This document shows, piece by piece, positions 28,658 through 36,750 of a stretch of 64,000 nt of DNA. Below the pieces are notes generated by a model. That model was not told the DNA's origin and searched no databases. It worked only from the letters and a program-made list of their open reading frames with translations. Made by a program: the position numbers and the translations under genes. The stretch is taken from positions 13,716 to 77,715 of the forward strand of contig PKDZ01000015.1 of assembly GCA_002862785.1 (NCBI GenBank), in the 5' to 3' direction. Within the stretch, counting starts at the first letter, position 1; every line of letters starts with the position of its first letter. The DNA comes from Flavobacteriales bacterium. Lineage in GTDB: Bacteria; Bacteroidota; Bacteroidia; Flavobacteriales_D; Sanyastnellaceae.

Positions 28658-29629
28658 TCACTTGTGGGCGAAGTGGGCCATGACCCAGCTTTTTCCCCAC
28701 TCGGCCTGCTCTTGTTCCGTCCACAGTTCGGGGAAGAAGAGGAGGGTTTGGAAGCGGGGAGGCAGGTACTGCTGCCAGTTGGTCCCTCCGGTGGCCGCAA
28801 TGTCAATCGGGTCCTTCTGGAGGTGTCGGACCGCACTGCGGTAGTGCGAGAGGGGCCAATGGACATTGACCAGTTCATCCAGCGTTCGGAGGGCGTCCTT
28901 CAGCTCCTTCGTCTGGTGCTCGGGGTCCAGAGAAAGCCACTTTCGGCGGAGGTTGGTGTAGTACCGCTCCTCGCCGAACTGCACGATGTGCTCCCGGTAC
29001 TTTTTCTCGAACTGCTTAAGGGTGAGGGTGGGTTCGCCGCTCGCGAGTTCACTCGCCCCCCGCCGCCAGTACAGGACATCAAACAGGCTGTCGACCTGGT
29101 CGAACGTGTAATCCGCTTGCTCATCCCGGAGTTCGCGGTGGACGAGCCGGTCGAGGCTGGTGCAGGCAATCTCGATGAGCCGGTATTGCACGCTCTGGAA
29201 TCCGCTCGAGGGAAGCAGGGACATCCGGAACTTCAGGAATTGCTCGTGGTCCAATCCATGGACCATGATGTCGAAGCTGCGGACGAGGTTTTCGAAGTAG
29301 CGGTTGACCCGGTTGACCCGCTCAAGGAAGGTCGCCGCATCGATGTCGGTCTCCGCGTGGATTTGTTCGATTTCCAGCAACGAGAGCTTGAAGTACAGCT
29401 CCGTGATCTGGTGGTACATCACGAAGATCTGCTCGTCCGGGAAGGGCGTCACCGGTTGCTGGAGGCTCAGCAGGGTGTCGAGTTTGATGTAATCCCAATA
29501 GGTGGGGAAATCCGCGTGCAACAGACCATCGAGGTAGGACGTGAGGTCCTGGCCCATGGCGGCGTATTTGTCCTGCAATTGCTTCAGGCGATCGAGGACG
29601 CCGGGATCGAAGGAATCGGCTTCGGCCAT
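28658..29629 (-). CDS. kynA: Tryptophan 2,3-dioxygenase family protein
   Basis: Contains YWDYIKLDTLLSLQQP...DEQIFVMYHQITELYFKL, typical of bacterial TDO. Confidence 0.8.
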   Translation of the reverse strand: MAEADSFDPGVLDRLKQLQDKYAAMGQDLTSYLDGLLHADFPTYWDYIKLDTLLSLQQPVTPFPDEQIFVMYHQITELYFKLSLLEIEQIHAETDIDAATFLERVNRVNRYFENLVRSFDIMVHGLDHEQFLKFRMSLLPSSGFQSVQYRLIEIACTSLDRLVHRELRDEQADYTFDQVDSLFDVLYWRRGASELASGEPTLTLKQFEKKYREHIVQFGEERYYTNLRRKWLSLDPEHQTKELKDALRTLDELVNVHWPLSHYRSAVRHLQKDPIDIAATGGTNWQQYLPPRFQTLLFFPELWTEQEQAEWGKSWVMAHFAHK

Positions 29630-29638
29630 GCCGGCAAG

Positions 29639-30490
29639 TTACGGCCCGATGCTGGCCGCCTGTGCTCCTTCTAGAACACTTCGGTCCTCGACGAGCTCGA
29701 GGCGGACCGAGCCGATGACGAGGTCCGATTCGATGAGGACGGGCAGGTGGCGGTCATCCGCTGAGACGATGACGGTCAGGTCATCGGCGTCCTTCCAGAT
29801 GCGGCCTTTTCGGACGATGGGGGCGAAGGCCAATCCCTCAAACGTTCCGGCCTTGACGTCGACCGATCTGGGGCCGACAAATCGCGCCCGAAGTGTGTGG
29901 ATTTTGCCGTCTACGATGGTGGGGATGTCGATGACTTCACCGGGATGCATGCGGTTGAGCGGCAGTCTGCGAGCGCAATAGAAGGCCGAGACGAGGTCCT
30001 GGACAAAGGCGGGCATCACGTGGTGGCGGGTGCGTCCATTTTGCGTGGTGGCAGCCGATCGCCGGGCGGGGTCGAAGGCGATGTCGCGCTCGAGACGGTA
30101 GCCGCCTTCCCGCACCCGGCGGGTGAAATGGTGGGGAAAGAGCCCTGCCTTGTCGATGTGGCTTTCGTAGTGGTCCCGCACCCGAAACACCCAATCCAGT
30201 GCGCCAGTGCTCCTGCCGGTCCCAGTGACCTTCCACGTGGACCGGCCGCCATAGTCCGGTCCAGCGGTGACCGTCAGCCGGGCTTCACCGGCCTCGATGA
30301 AGCCGTATCTCACCGAATACAACAGGTCTTCACCCGCGAAATCCGTCCGCCTAGGCAGGGTTCGAAGGGGCAGGACTTCCCGCTGGATGGCCGAATCGGC
30401 CGAGATTTCTCCGGGAACCACGGGGCGCACCGACTGGGCAGGGGCGGCCGTCGCCAACACCAAGGACAGGGAGAGCAGGAACCAACGCAT
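29639..30490 (-). CDS. DUF3108-like secreted protein
   Basis: Signal peptide MRWFLLSLSLVLATAAPAQ from ATG 30490. The pattern LLYSVRYGFIEAGEARLTV...WVFRVRDHYESHID resembles DUF3108 (recognised from memory). Confidence 0.6.
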   Translation of the reverse strand: MRWFLLSLSLVLATAAPAQSVRPVVPGEISADSAIQREVLPLRTLPRRTDFAGEDLLYSVRYGFIEAGEARLTVTAGPDYGGRSTWKVTGTGRSTGALDWVFRVRDHYESHIDKAGLFPHHFTRRVREGGYRLERDIAFDPARRSAATTQNGRTRHHVMPAFVQDLVSAFYCARRLPLNRMHPGEVIDIPTIVDGKIHTLRARFVGPRSVDVKAGTFEGLAFAPIVRKGRIWKDADDLTVIVSADDRHLPVLIESDLVIGSVRLELVEDRSVLEGAQAASIGP

Positions 30491-30525
30491 GCCCTTCGTG
30501 AGCAAATCCGGTGCCGGAAATGAAA

Positions 30526-30954
30526 TCAGTCCTGCCCCACGTGCGCGATGCACTTGAGTTCGACGGCAATGGGCGTGGGCAGTGCCCCGATTTCCATGGT
30601 GGTCCGGCAAGGCCGGCGGGTGGGATCCACGTGTTCGAAGTGCTCCCGGTAGACCCGGTTCCACGTACCAAAGTCGCGCTGCATGTCGGTCAGGAAGACG
30701 GTGATGTCGACCAGGTCTTCCCACTTGGCACCCTCGGCTTCGAGGATGGCCTTCACGTTGGCCAGCACGCCGCGGGCCTGGGCCTCGAAGTCGAATTCCG
30801 TGAAGTTGCCGTTGTGGTCCTGCTTCAAGCCGGGCACGCCTTCATCATGGGCCCCACTGCCGGGGATGCGGGGGCCGACGCCGCTGAGGAAAAGAAGGTC
30901 GCCGACGCGGCGGGTCAGGGGGTACAGGCCGACGGGCTTGGGGGCGTTGCTCAT
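30526..30954 (-). CDS. RidA/YjgF/L-PSP family protein
   Basis: 142 aa from ATG 30954. Contains LLFLSGVGP...QARGVLANVKAILEAEGAKWEDLVDITVFLTDM...PCRTTMEIGALP. Confidence 0.8.
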   Translation of the reverse strand: MSNAPKPVGLYPLTRRVGDLLFLSGVGPRIPGSGAHDEGVPGLKQDHNGNFTEFDFEAQARGVLANVKAILEAEGAKWEDLVDITVFLTDMQRDFGTWNRVYREHFEHVDPTRRPCRTTMEIGALPTPIAVELKCIAHVGQD

Positions 30955-30988
30955 GGGGCGGGGTTCAATCGTTCGGGATGCGGCGGGC

Positions 30989-31594
30989 TCAGCCGTGCAT
31001 GGTTTCTTTCTTGCCGTAGCGCTGGATGACCTCAGCCTCGTGGGCGAGGAATTCCTTCCATCGGGCATCCACATCGACACGGCCACCGTATTGGCGGGCG
31101 AAGCCGATGAAAGTCGTGTAGTGCTGGGCCTCACTGACCATCAGCTCGTGGTAGAAGGTCTTCAAATCGTCGTCGGCGATGCGCTCGGACAGCATGCGAA
31201 AGCGCTCACAGCTGCGGGCCTCGATCATGGCGGCGAGCAGCAGGCGGTCGACGAGCTGCTCCTCCCGGCTTCCTCCTTTTTTGATGAAGGTGGCGAGGTC
31301 GTGGATGTATGGGTCCTTCCGCTCTTTGCCGAGGACCCAGCCACGCTCCTTGATCTTCTCGACGACCATGCCGAAGTGCTCCATCTCCTCCATGGCGATG
31401 CGGGTCAATTCTTCGACGAGGTCGGTCAGCTCGGGGTAGCGGACAATGGTGGAAATGGCATTGGAGGCGGCCTTCTGCTCACACCAGGCGTGGTCGGTGA
31501 GGACCTCGGGAATGTTGGACTCGACCAGCTCCACCCAACGGGGGTCCGTGGGGAGCTGCAGTCCGAGCATGACGCTGTCGGTTCCTTCGGCCAT
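30989..31594 (-). CDS. miaE: tRNA-(ms2io6A37)-hydroxylase (non-heme diiron)
   Basis: Contains LTDHAWCEQKAA, EEMEHF, IEARSCERF and EAQHY blocks matching the MiaE ferritin-like diiron motifs. Confidence 0.8.
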   Translation of the reverse strand: MAEGTDSVMLGLQLPTDPRWVELVESNIPEVLTDHAWCEQKAASNAISTIVRYPELTDLVEELTRIAMEEMEHFGMVVEKIKERGWVLGKERKDPYIHDLATFIKKGGSREEQLVDRLLLAAMIEARSCERFRMLSERIADDDLKTFYHELMVSEAQHYTTFIGFARQYGGRVDVDARWKEFLAHEAEVIQRYGKKETMHG

Positions 31595-31597
31595 GGC

Positions 31598-32890
31598 TCA
31601 GGAATTCATCGCGTCCTCGATGGCCTCGGCATCGAGCGGGATGTCGCCCATCAGGTCGTCGAATCCGTCCTCGGTGACGACGATGTCGTTCTCGAGCCGA
31701 ATGCCCAGGCCCTCTTCGAGGATGTAAATGCCGGGCTCGACGGTGAAGACATGGCCGGCGCGAATGGGTTCGTGCCACAGGCCCACGTCGTGGACGTCCA
31801 GTCCGATGAAGTGGGAGGTGCCGTGCATGAAGTACTTCTTGTAGGCGGGCCAGGTGGGGTTCTGCTTGGCGACGTCGTGCTGGTCAATCAGGCCCAGCAC
31901 GAGGAGCTGCTCGGTCATGAGCTCGCCCACCTGCTTGTGGTATTCGTGGAGGCTGACGCCGGGGCGCAGCAGTTTGGTGGCGTCGCGCATCACGCTCAGC
32001 ACAGCGTCATACACTTTGCGCTGGCGGTCGGTGAAGCGGCCGGACACCGGCAGACACCGGGTCATGTCGCTGGCGTAGTTGCCGTATTCGGCACCCACAT
32101 CCATCAGCAGCACGTCGCCTTCTTGGCACACCGCGCTGTTCTCGATGTAGTGGAGCACGCAAGCATTGGCCCCGCTGGCCACGATGGGCGTATAGGCAAA
32201 GCCGCGGGAGCCTTTGCGGACGAATTCGTGCAGGTACTCGGCCTCGACTTCGTATTCGGTGACGCCAGGCTTGAGGAAGTTCATCACGCGGTGGAAGCCG
32301 TCGCGGGTGATCCCGCAGGCGTGGCGCATCCGCTCGATTTCCTCGGGGCTCTTCACGCTACGCGTGCGGTGCAAAATGGGTGCGGCCCGCTCAATGCGGA
32401 CGTGGGGGTAGGTCTCCGTAAACCAGGTGTTGAACCGGGCCTCACGGGTCTCGACCACCACCTTGGCGCGGGTGTGCTCGTTTTGGTGGAGGTAGCAGCA
32501 GCTGCACTCCGTGACGAGGCGCTGGATGGTCCGCTCGAGCATGGACAGCCACTGGACCTGCTTCACGCCGGTTTGGGTGGTGGCCTCGGCCTTGGTCAGC
32601 TTGGCGCCTTCCCAGATGGCGATCTCCTCGTTGGTTTCGGTGACGAACAGAATCTCCCGGTCGGCCGGATTGTGGGCGTCGGGAAAAAGGAGCAGCACGG
32701 TCTCTTCCTGGTCCACCCCGGTGAGGTGGAGCATGTTGGAGTCCTGACGAAAGGGCAGGGTGCCGTCGGCGCTGGTCGGGTAGACGTCGTTGGAACTGAA
32801 CAGGGCCATCGCTCCAGAGCTCAGCGCCTCGGCAAAGGCGGCGCGGTTCCGGATGTAGTTTTCGGCGGACAGGGGCGGGTAACGCAGCAT
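31598..32890 (-). CDS. Xaa-Pro aminopeptidase (M24B family)
   Basis: 430 aa from ATG 32890, with an N-terminal AMP_N-like domain. Metal-ligand blocks: LLMDVGAEYGNYASDMTR, HGTSHFIGLDVHD, VFTVEPGIY, IRLEND. Confidence 0.9.
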   Translation of the reverse strand: MLRYPPLSAENYIRNRAAFAEALSSGAMALFSSNDVYPTSADGTLPFRQDSNMLHLTGVDQEETVLLLFPDAHNPADREILFVTETNEEIAIWEGAKLTKAEATTQTGVKQVQWLSMLERTIQRLVTECSCCYLHQNEHTRAKVVVETREARFNTWFTETYPHVRIERAAPILHRTRSVKSPEEIERMRHACGITRDGFHRVMNFLKPGVTEYEVEAEYLHEFVRKGSRGFAYTPIVASGANACVLHYIENSAVCQEGDVLLMDVGAEYGNYASDMTRCLPVSGRFTDRQRKVYDAVLSVMRDATKLLRPGVSLHEYHKQVGELMTEQLLVLGLIDQHDVAKQNPTWPAYKKYFMHGTSHFIGLDVHDVGLWHEPIRAGHVFTVEPGIYILEEGLGIRLENDIVVTEDGFDDLMGDIPLDAEAIEDAMNS

Positions 32891-32916
32891 GCCCCGAAGG
32901 TACGGCCCGCGGGACT

Positions 32917-33810
32917 TCAGGCTCGGGCGACGCGGACGAGGGAGCCGGTTGGCAGGACCTGACCGGTTCCGCTCCTGAGGCAGAGCTCCCCGGCTTCGAT
33001 GGTGGCATCGGGCAGGGCGGCCCGCCAAAAGTTTTCGAGCGAGGAGGGGCTCATCCCGGAGTACGTGTTCATGACCACGGCCCCACCTGGAGCCACAAGG
33101 CTGGCGGCGGTCCGGATGAGGTGCCCCACTTGCTCTTCGAGCTTCCATTTTTCCCCCTTTGGCCCCAGGCCCCACGCGGGCGGGTCCATCACAATCAGGT
33201 CGTAGGTGTTGTCCCGGCGCACCTCGCGCTGCACGAACCGGAGGGCATCCTCGACGCACCAACGGATTCCGTCGAGTCCGGAGAGCTCCATGTTCATCCT
33301 CGTCCAGGTGACCACCTGTTTGATGGCGTCGACGTGGGTCACCTCGGCGCCAACGGCCCGAGCGGCGAGTGAGGCGCCGCCAGTGTAGGCGAAGAGGTTC
33401 AGCACGCGCTTCCCCGGACCGAGGCGGTCGACCATCCAGCGCCAGTTTGCGGCTTGCTCCGGGAACAGCCCGACGTGCTTGAAGCGGGTCAGCTCGAGGG
33501 AGAAATGCAGGGTGTGCACGTCGTTGAGGGGGTAGCGGACTTCCCAGTTGTCGGGCACGCTTTGGTGGGGTTCCCAATGGCCTTTCGTGCGGCCCGTAGG
33601 GACGAATTCCGCGGCGGAGACCCGGCGCCATTCGGACTCGGTGAGGCCGCGGTCCCAGATGGCGTGGGGTTCAGGGCGGATGAGCACAAGGTCGCCGAAG
33701 CGCTCGAGCTTGCTGCCTCCCCCCGAGTCGAGCAGTTCATGGTCTCTCCACCCATCGGGGAACCAGCGGTGCAGGCCGTTTGGAGTCTGGGATGCGAGGT
33801 CTGAGGACAT
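32917..33810 (-). CDS. Class I SAM-dependent (rRNA large-subunit-type) methyltransferase
   Basis: Contains VLNLFAYTGGASLAAR (SAM motif I) and DLIVMDPPAWG (DPP motif), an RlmI/RlmK-like catalytic domain. Confidence 0.75.
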   Translation of the reverse strand: MSSDLASQTPNGLHRWFPDGWRDHELLDSGGGSKLERFGDLVLIRPEPHAIWDRGLTESEWRRVSAAEFVPTGRTKGHWEPHQSVPDNWEVRYPLNDVHTLHFSLELTRFKHVGLFPEQAANWRWMVDRLGPGKRVLNLFAYTGGASLAARAVGAEVTHVDAIKQVVTWTRMNMELSGLDGIRWCVEDALRFVQREVRRDNTYDLIVMDPPAWGLGPKGEKWKLEEQVGHLIRTAASLVAPGGAVVMNTYSGMSPSSLENFWRAALPDATIEAGELCLRSGTGQVLPTGSLVRVARA

Positions 33811-33908
33811 GAGACGGGGAAGTTCGCAAGGGAACGGTCACAACTGTTGTTTTTCCGCGTCGAATCGTCAGAGGGGGTCGCCACCTTGCTGGAAAATCAG
33901 TCTGGGCC

Positions 33909-36167
33909 ATGGCCGGCAAACGCAAAGGAGGAGGGAAGAAGAAGTCGGGTGGCCGCAAGGTGGGCCCCGACGGCATGGGCGGCCGTGGCCAGCGGTTGAG
34001 TGGAGCGAGCCGGCACCTCGGCGACGTGATGGAGATTTTCCGGAAGTTGCCGGGCCGGCCGTTGAACGCCAGACAGGTCGCCAGCACCATGGGCATCGCC
34101 GACACCGACATCCGGGAGATGCTGCACGTGCTCATGCGGGAGCAGGCCGGCAAGGGCGTGCTCGTGGAGGTCGGCAAGGGCCGCTTCATGCTGCCGGAAA
34201 AGGCCAAGCGCGATGGCGGGCGTGGAGAGCGGGGCCGCAGCAAGGGTCGAAAAGAGGGAAGACAACGTCAGCACGGCGACGTGGTCACTGGCACGATTCA
34301 GATCACCAAGTATGGCAAGGGGTTCGTCAGTGTTCCCGGCGAATCCGAGGACATCATGTTGCCCAAGGGCAACACCGGAACCGCCTTCTGGGGGGACACC
34401 GTCGAGGTCGGATGGATGAGCCGGGGCCGGCGCAAGGTGCCCTACGTCGCGAGGGTGGTGAAGCGGGCCCGGGAGCTGTACGTGGTCATGTTGCAGCCCG
34501 TCAAGGATTACGCATTCGGCATCCCGACGGACAAGCGGCTGCACCGCGATTTTCTGATCCCCGCCCGGTTCCTGCACGAGGCTCCGACGGATGTCAAGGT
34601 GGCCGTGCGGCTCGAGGATTGGGCCTCGCCCGATGACCCCCCCATCGCTCAGGTGGTCGAGGTGTTGGGTGCACCGGGGGTCCATGAGGCGGAGATGCAC
34701 GCCATCCTGCTGGAGTTCGGCCTGCCTTACCATTTCCCGGAGGACGTGGAGGCCGAGGCGGAGACCATCCCCAAGGAGCTGGATCCGAAAGAGATCCAGC
34801 GCCGCCGTGACATGCGGGACGTGACCACGTTCACCATCGACCCCGAAGACGCCAAGGATTTCGACGACGCCCTGAGCGTGCGGGACCTCGAAAGCGGCCA
34901 CCTCGAAGTGGGCGTCCACATCGCCGACGTGACCCACTATGTGCGGCCCGGTAGCCGGATCGAGGAGGAGGCCGTGGAGCGCGCCACCAGCGTCTATCTC
35001 GTCGACCGGACCATCCCCATGCTGCCCGAGGTGCTGTCCAACAACCTCTGTTCTCTCCGCCCCAACGAGGACCGGTACGCATTCAGCGCCGTCTTCGAAC
35101 TGGACAAGGACGGGCAGGTGGTGAAGGAGTGGTTCGGCCGCACCGCCATCCATTCCGATCGCCGGTTCACCTATGCCGAGGCGCAGGAGCGGCTGGAGAG
35201 CGGGAAGGGCGACCTGGCCAACGAGGTCCAGCGGCTCGATCGCCTGGCGAGGAAAATGCGGGCCCGGCGGTTCAAGGCAGGGGGCATTGACTTCAACACC
35301 GAGGAGGTCCGGTTCCGCCTCGACGACGACGGAAAGCCCGTGGAGGTGCTCATCAAGCGCATGCTCGACGCCAATCGGTTGATCGAGGATTTCATGCTGC
35401 TGGCCAATGTGCGGGTGGCCAAATGGATTGCCGGTTGCAAAGGCCAACGGCCGCCCGGCGCCGTCTACCGCATCCACGACGCGCCCGACCCGACCAAGCT
35501 CAAGTCGCTTCGCCAATTCGTCGCCCAGTTCGGCTACAAGATGGCGGACACCGAACCGGGCCAAGCCCACCGGGCGATCAGCCAGCTTTTGAAGATGGCC
35601 GAGGGCAAGGACGAGGAACGCATCGTGAAGCAGATGGCCATCCGGTCCATGGCCAAGGCCGAATACAGCACGGACAACATCGGCCACTACGGCCTCGCTT
35701 TCGAGCATTACACCCACTTCACCTCGCCGATTCGACGGTACCCCGACATGATGGTGCACCGCAGCCTGCAGCACTACCTCGACGGGGGCGCGGCCCTTGA
35801 CACGGCAGAGCTGGATGGCCCCTGCGCCCACAGCAGTGAACGCGAGAAGCGCGCGGCGGAGGCCGAGCGGGCGAGCATCAAGTACAAGCAGGTGGAGTTC
35901 CTCGGCACACAGCTGGGCGCCGAATTCGATGGCGTCGTCAACGGCATCTCCAGCAAGGCCGTCTATGTCGAGATCAACGAAAACAAGTGCGAGGGCTACG
36001 TCGACATCCGCGACATCTCCACGGACCGCTTCTCGGTCGATCCGGAGCGGCAATGCCTGGTCGGCCTGCACACCGGACAGGAGATTCACATGGGTAACGC
36101 GGTGCGGGTGCGGGTGGTCCGGGCCGACGTCCAGCGGCGCGAACTGGAGTTCGAGTGGCTGGGCTGA
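33909..36167 (+). CDS. rnr: Ribonuclease R
   Basis: RNB domain blocks (TIDPEDAKDFDDALS, VHIADVTHYV, SVYLVDRTIPMLPE..LSNNLCSLRP, HYGLAFEHYTHFTSPIRRYPDMMVHR). C-terminal S1 domain. Basic Gly/Lys/Arg-rich N-terminus. Confidence 0.95.
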   Translation: MAGKRKGGGKKKSGGRKVGPDGMGGRGQRLSGASRHLGDVMEIFRKLPGRPLNARQVASTMGIADTDIREMLHVLMREQAGKGVLVEVGKGRFMLPEKAKRDGGRGERGRSKGRKEGRQRQHGDVVTGTIQITKYGKGFVSVPGESEDIMLPKGNTGTAFWGDTVEVGWMSRGRRKVPYVARVVKRARELYVVMLQPVKDYAFGIPTDKRLHRDFLIPARFLHEAPTDVKVAVRLEDWASPDDPPIAQVVEVLGAPGVHEAEMHAILLEFGLPYHFPEDVEAEAETIPKELDPKEIQRRRDMRDVTTFTIDPEDAKDFDDALSVRDLESGHLEVGVHIADVTHYVRPGSRIEEEAVERATSVYLVDRTIPMLPEVLSNNLCSLRPNEDRYAFSAVFELDKDGQVVKEWFGRTAIHSDRRFTYAEAQERLESGKGDLANEVQRLDRLARKMRARRFKAGGIDFNTEEVRFRLDDDGKPVEVLIKRMLDANRLIEDFMLLANVRVAKWIAGCKGQRPPGAVYRIHDAPDPTKLKSLRQFVAQFGYKMADTEPGQAHRAISQLLKMAEGKDEERIVKQMAIRSMAKAEYSTDNIGHYGLAFEHYTHFTSPIRRYPDMMVHRSLQHYLDGGAALDTAELDGPCAHSSEREKRAAEAERASIKYKQVEFLGTQLGAEFDGVVNGISSKAVYVEINENKCEGYVDIRDISTDRFSVDPERQCLVGLHTGQEIHMGNAVRVRVVRADVQRRELEFEWLG

Positions 36168-36209
36168 CCGGCCTCCGTATTTTCGTGCGGTCCGCCGAAG
36201 GGCGGCGAT

Positions 36210-36286
36210 GCGCTCTTAGCTCAGTTGGTTAGAGCAGGGGACTCATAATCCCTGGGTCGCGGGTTCAAGTCCTGCAGGGCGCACCA
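36210..36286 (+). tRNA. tRNA with CAT anticodon (elongator tRNA-Met, or tRNA-Ile2 if lysidine-modified); CCA encoded
   Basis: Manual cloverleaf:
- acceptor gcgctct/agggcgc (one G-U)
- D arm gctc-agttggtta-gagc
- anticodon arm gggga-ctCATaa-tccct
- variable loop gggtc
- T arm gcggg-ttcaagt-cctgc
- discriminator a, then cca

The G1-C72 pair argues against an initiator. Confidence 0.85.
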
Positions 36287-36292
36287 AACGGG

Positions 36293-36430
36293 TCAGATGA
36301 GCTGACCGAGCAACAGGAGCAGGTCGGAGGTGCTGATCAAGCCATCTCCATTGAGGTCGTACATCTCGCTGGCCTTGGTCACCGGTTGCAACCAGTACTG
36401 CAACATGTTGAGCAAATCGTCGATTGTCAT
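36293..36430 (-). CDS. 45-aa micro-protein with a single EF-hand/dockerin-type Ca-binding loop (paralogue 1)
   Basis: Sequence MTIDDLLNMLQYWLQPVTKASEMYDLNGDGLISTSDLLLLLGQLI. It shares 31/45 residues with the ORF at 36613-36750, and similarity starts exactly at the ATG. 14 of the 31 conserved residues use different codons. Confidence 0.55.
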   Translation of the reverse strand: MTIDDLLNMLQYWLQPVTKASEMYDLNGDGLISTSDLLLLLGQLI

Positions 36431-36579
36431 GACGAACAAATTTTTGGACGCCGCAAAAATCACGGGCAAATTCAGCGATTGGGTTAATCCATGGTGGCAT
36501 TTGGAATAACCGAAAGGCAAAAACGGCCGACACAAAACAGGGGAATGCTGTCGAAACGTGAACTCCATGTGAAGCACCC

Positions 36580-36607
36580 GCGGGTTCAGGTCCTGCGGGG
36601 CGCAGCA
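36580..36607 (+). repeat. tRNA-Met 3'-half-like fragment (T arm + 3' acceptor strand + gCA); direct repeat of 36259-36286
   Basis: gcgggttcaGgtcctgcGgggcgcaGca against gcgggttcaAgtcctgcAgggcgcaCca gives 25/28 identical. The T-stem is intact. No D arm or 5' acceptor strand lies upstream. Confidence 0.7.
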
Positions 36608-36612
36608 TAGCT

Positions 36613-36750
36613 TCAGCCGAGCTGGCCGAGAAGCAAAATGAGATCGGACGTCGTGATGATGCCGTCCCCATTGAGGTCATAAGCCAAGCTGGCCTTTGTC
36701 ACGGGCTGCATGAAAAACGAGAGGAGGTTGAGGAGATCGCTGAGCGACAT
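36613..36750 (-). CDS. 45-aa micro-protein with a single EF-hand/dockerin-type Ca-binding loop (paralogue 2)
   Basis: Sequence MSLSDLLNLLSFFMQPVTKASLAYDLNGDGIITTSDLILLLGQLG. Same length and same position relative to a tRNA-like 3' half as paralogue 1. An AT-rich stretch lies upstream on the minus strand. Confidence 0.55.
   Translation of the reverse strand: MSLSDLLNLLSFFMQPVTKASLAYDLNGDGIITTSDLILLLGQLG

Noticed and set aside
33909-34300. The Gly/Lys/Arg-rich N-terminus and second basic patch of RNase R as an unusual fusion.
   Set aside because: Basic low-complexity tails are common in RNase R, and N-terminal ones occur in Bacteroidota. No extra domain is recognisable.
36210-36286. The tRNA(CAT) as the initiator tRNA-fMet.
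   Set aside because: - Position 1-72 is a G-C pair, whereas bacterial initiators have a 1-72 mismatch.
- The three consecutive G-C pairs in the anticodon stem occupy 28-30/40-42, not 29-31/39-41.
- Elongator Met and Ile2 (lysidine) cannot be told apart by eye.
36293-36750. The micro-ORFs as RiPP precursors or type I toxin peptides.
   Set aside because: - No maturation enzyme, transporter or immunity gene is adjacent.
- The peptides have no transmembrane-length hydrophobic helix or Cys/Ser/Thr-rich core.
- The conserved element is a canonical Ca-binding loop.
- The possible antisense relationship is noted separately, without a toxin claim.
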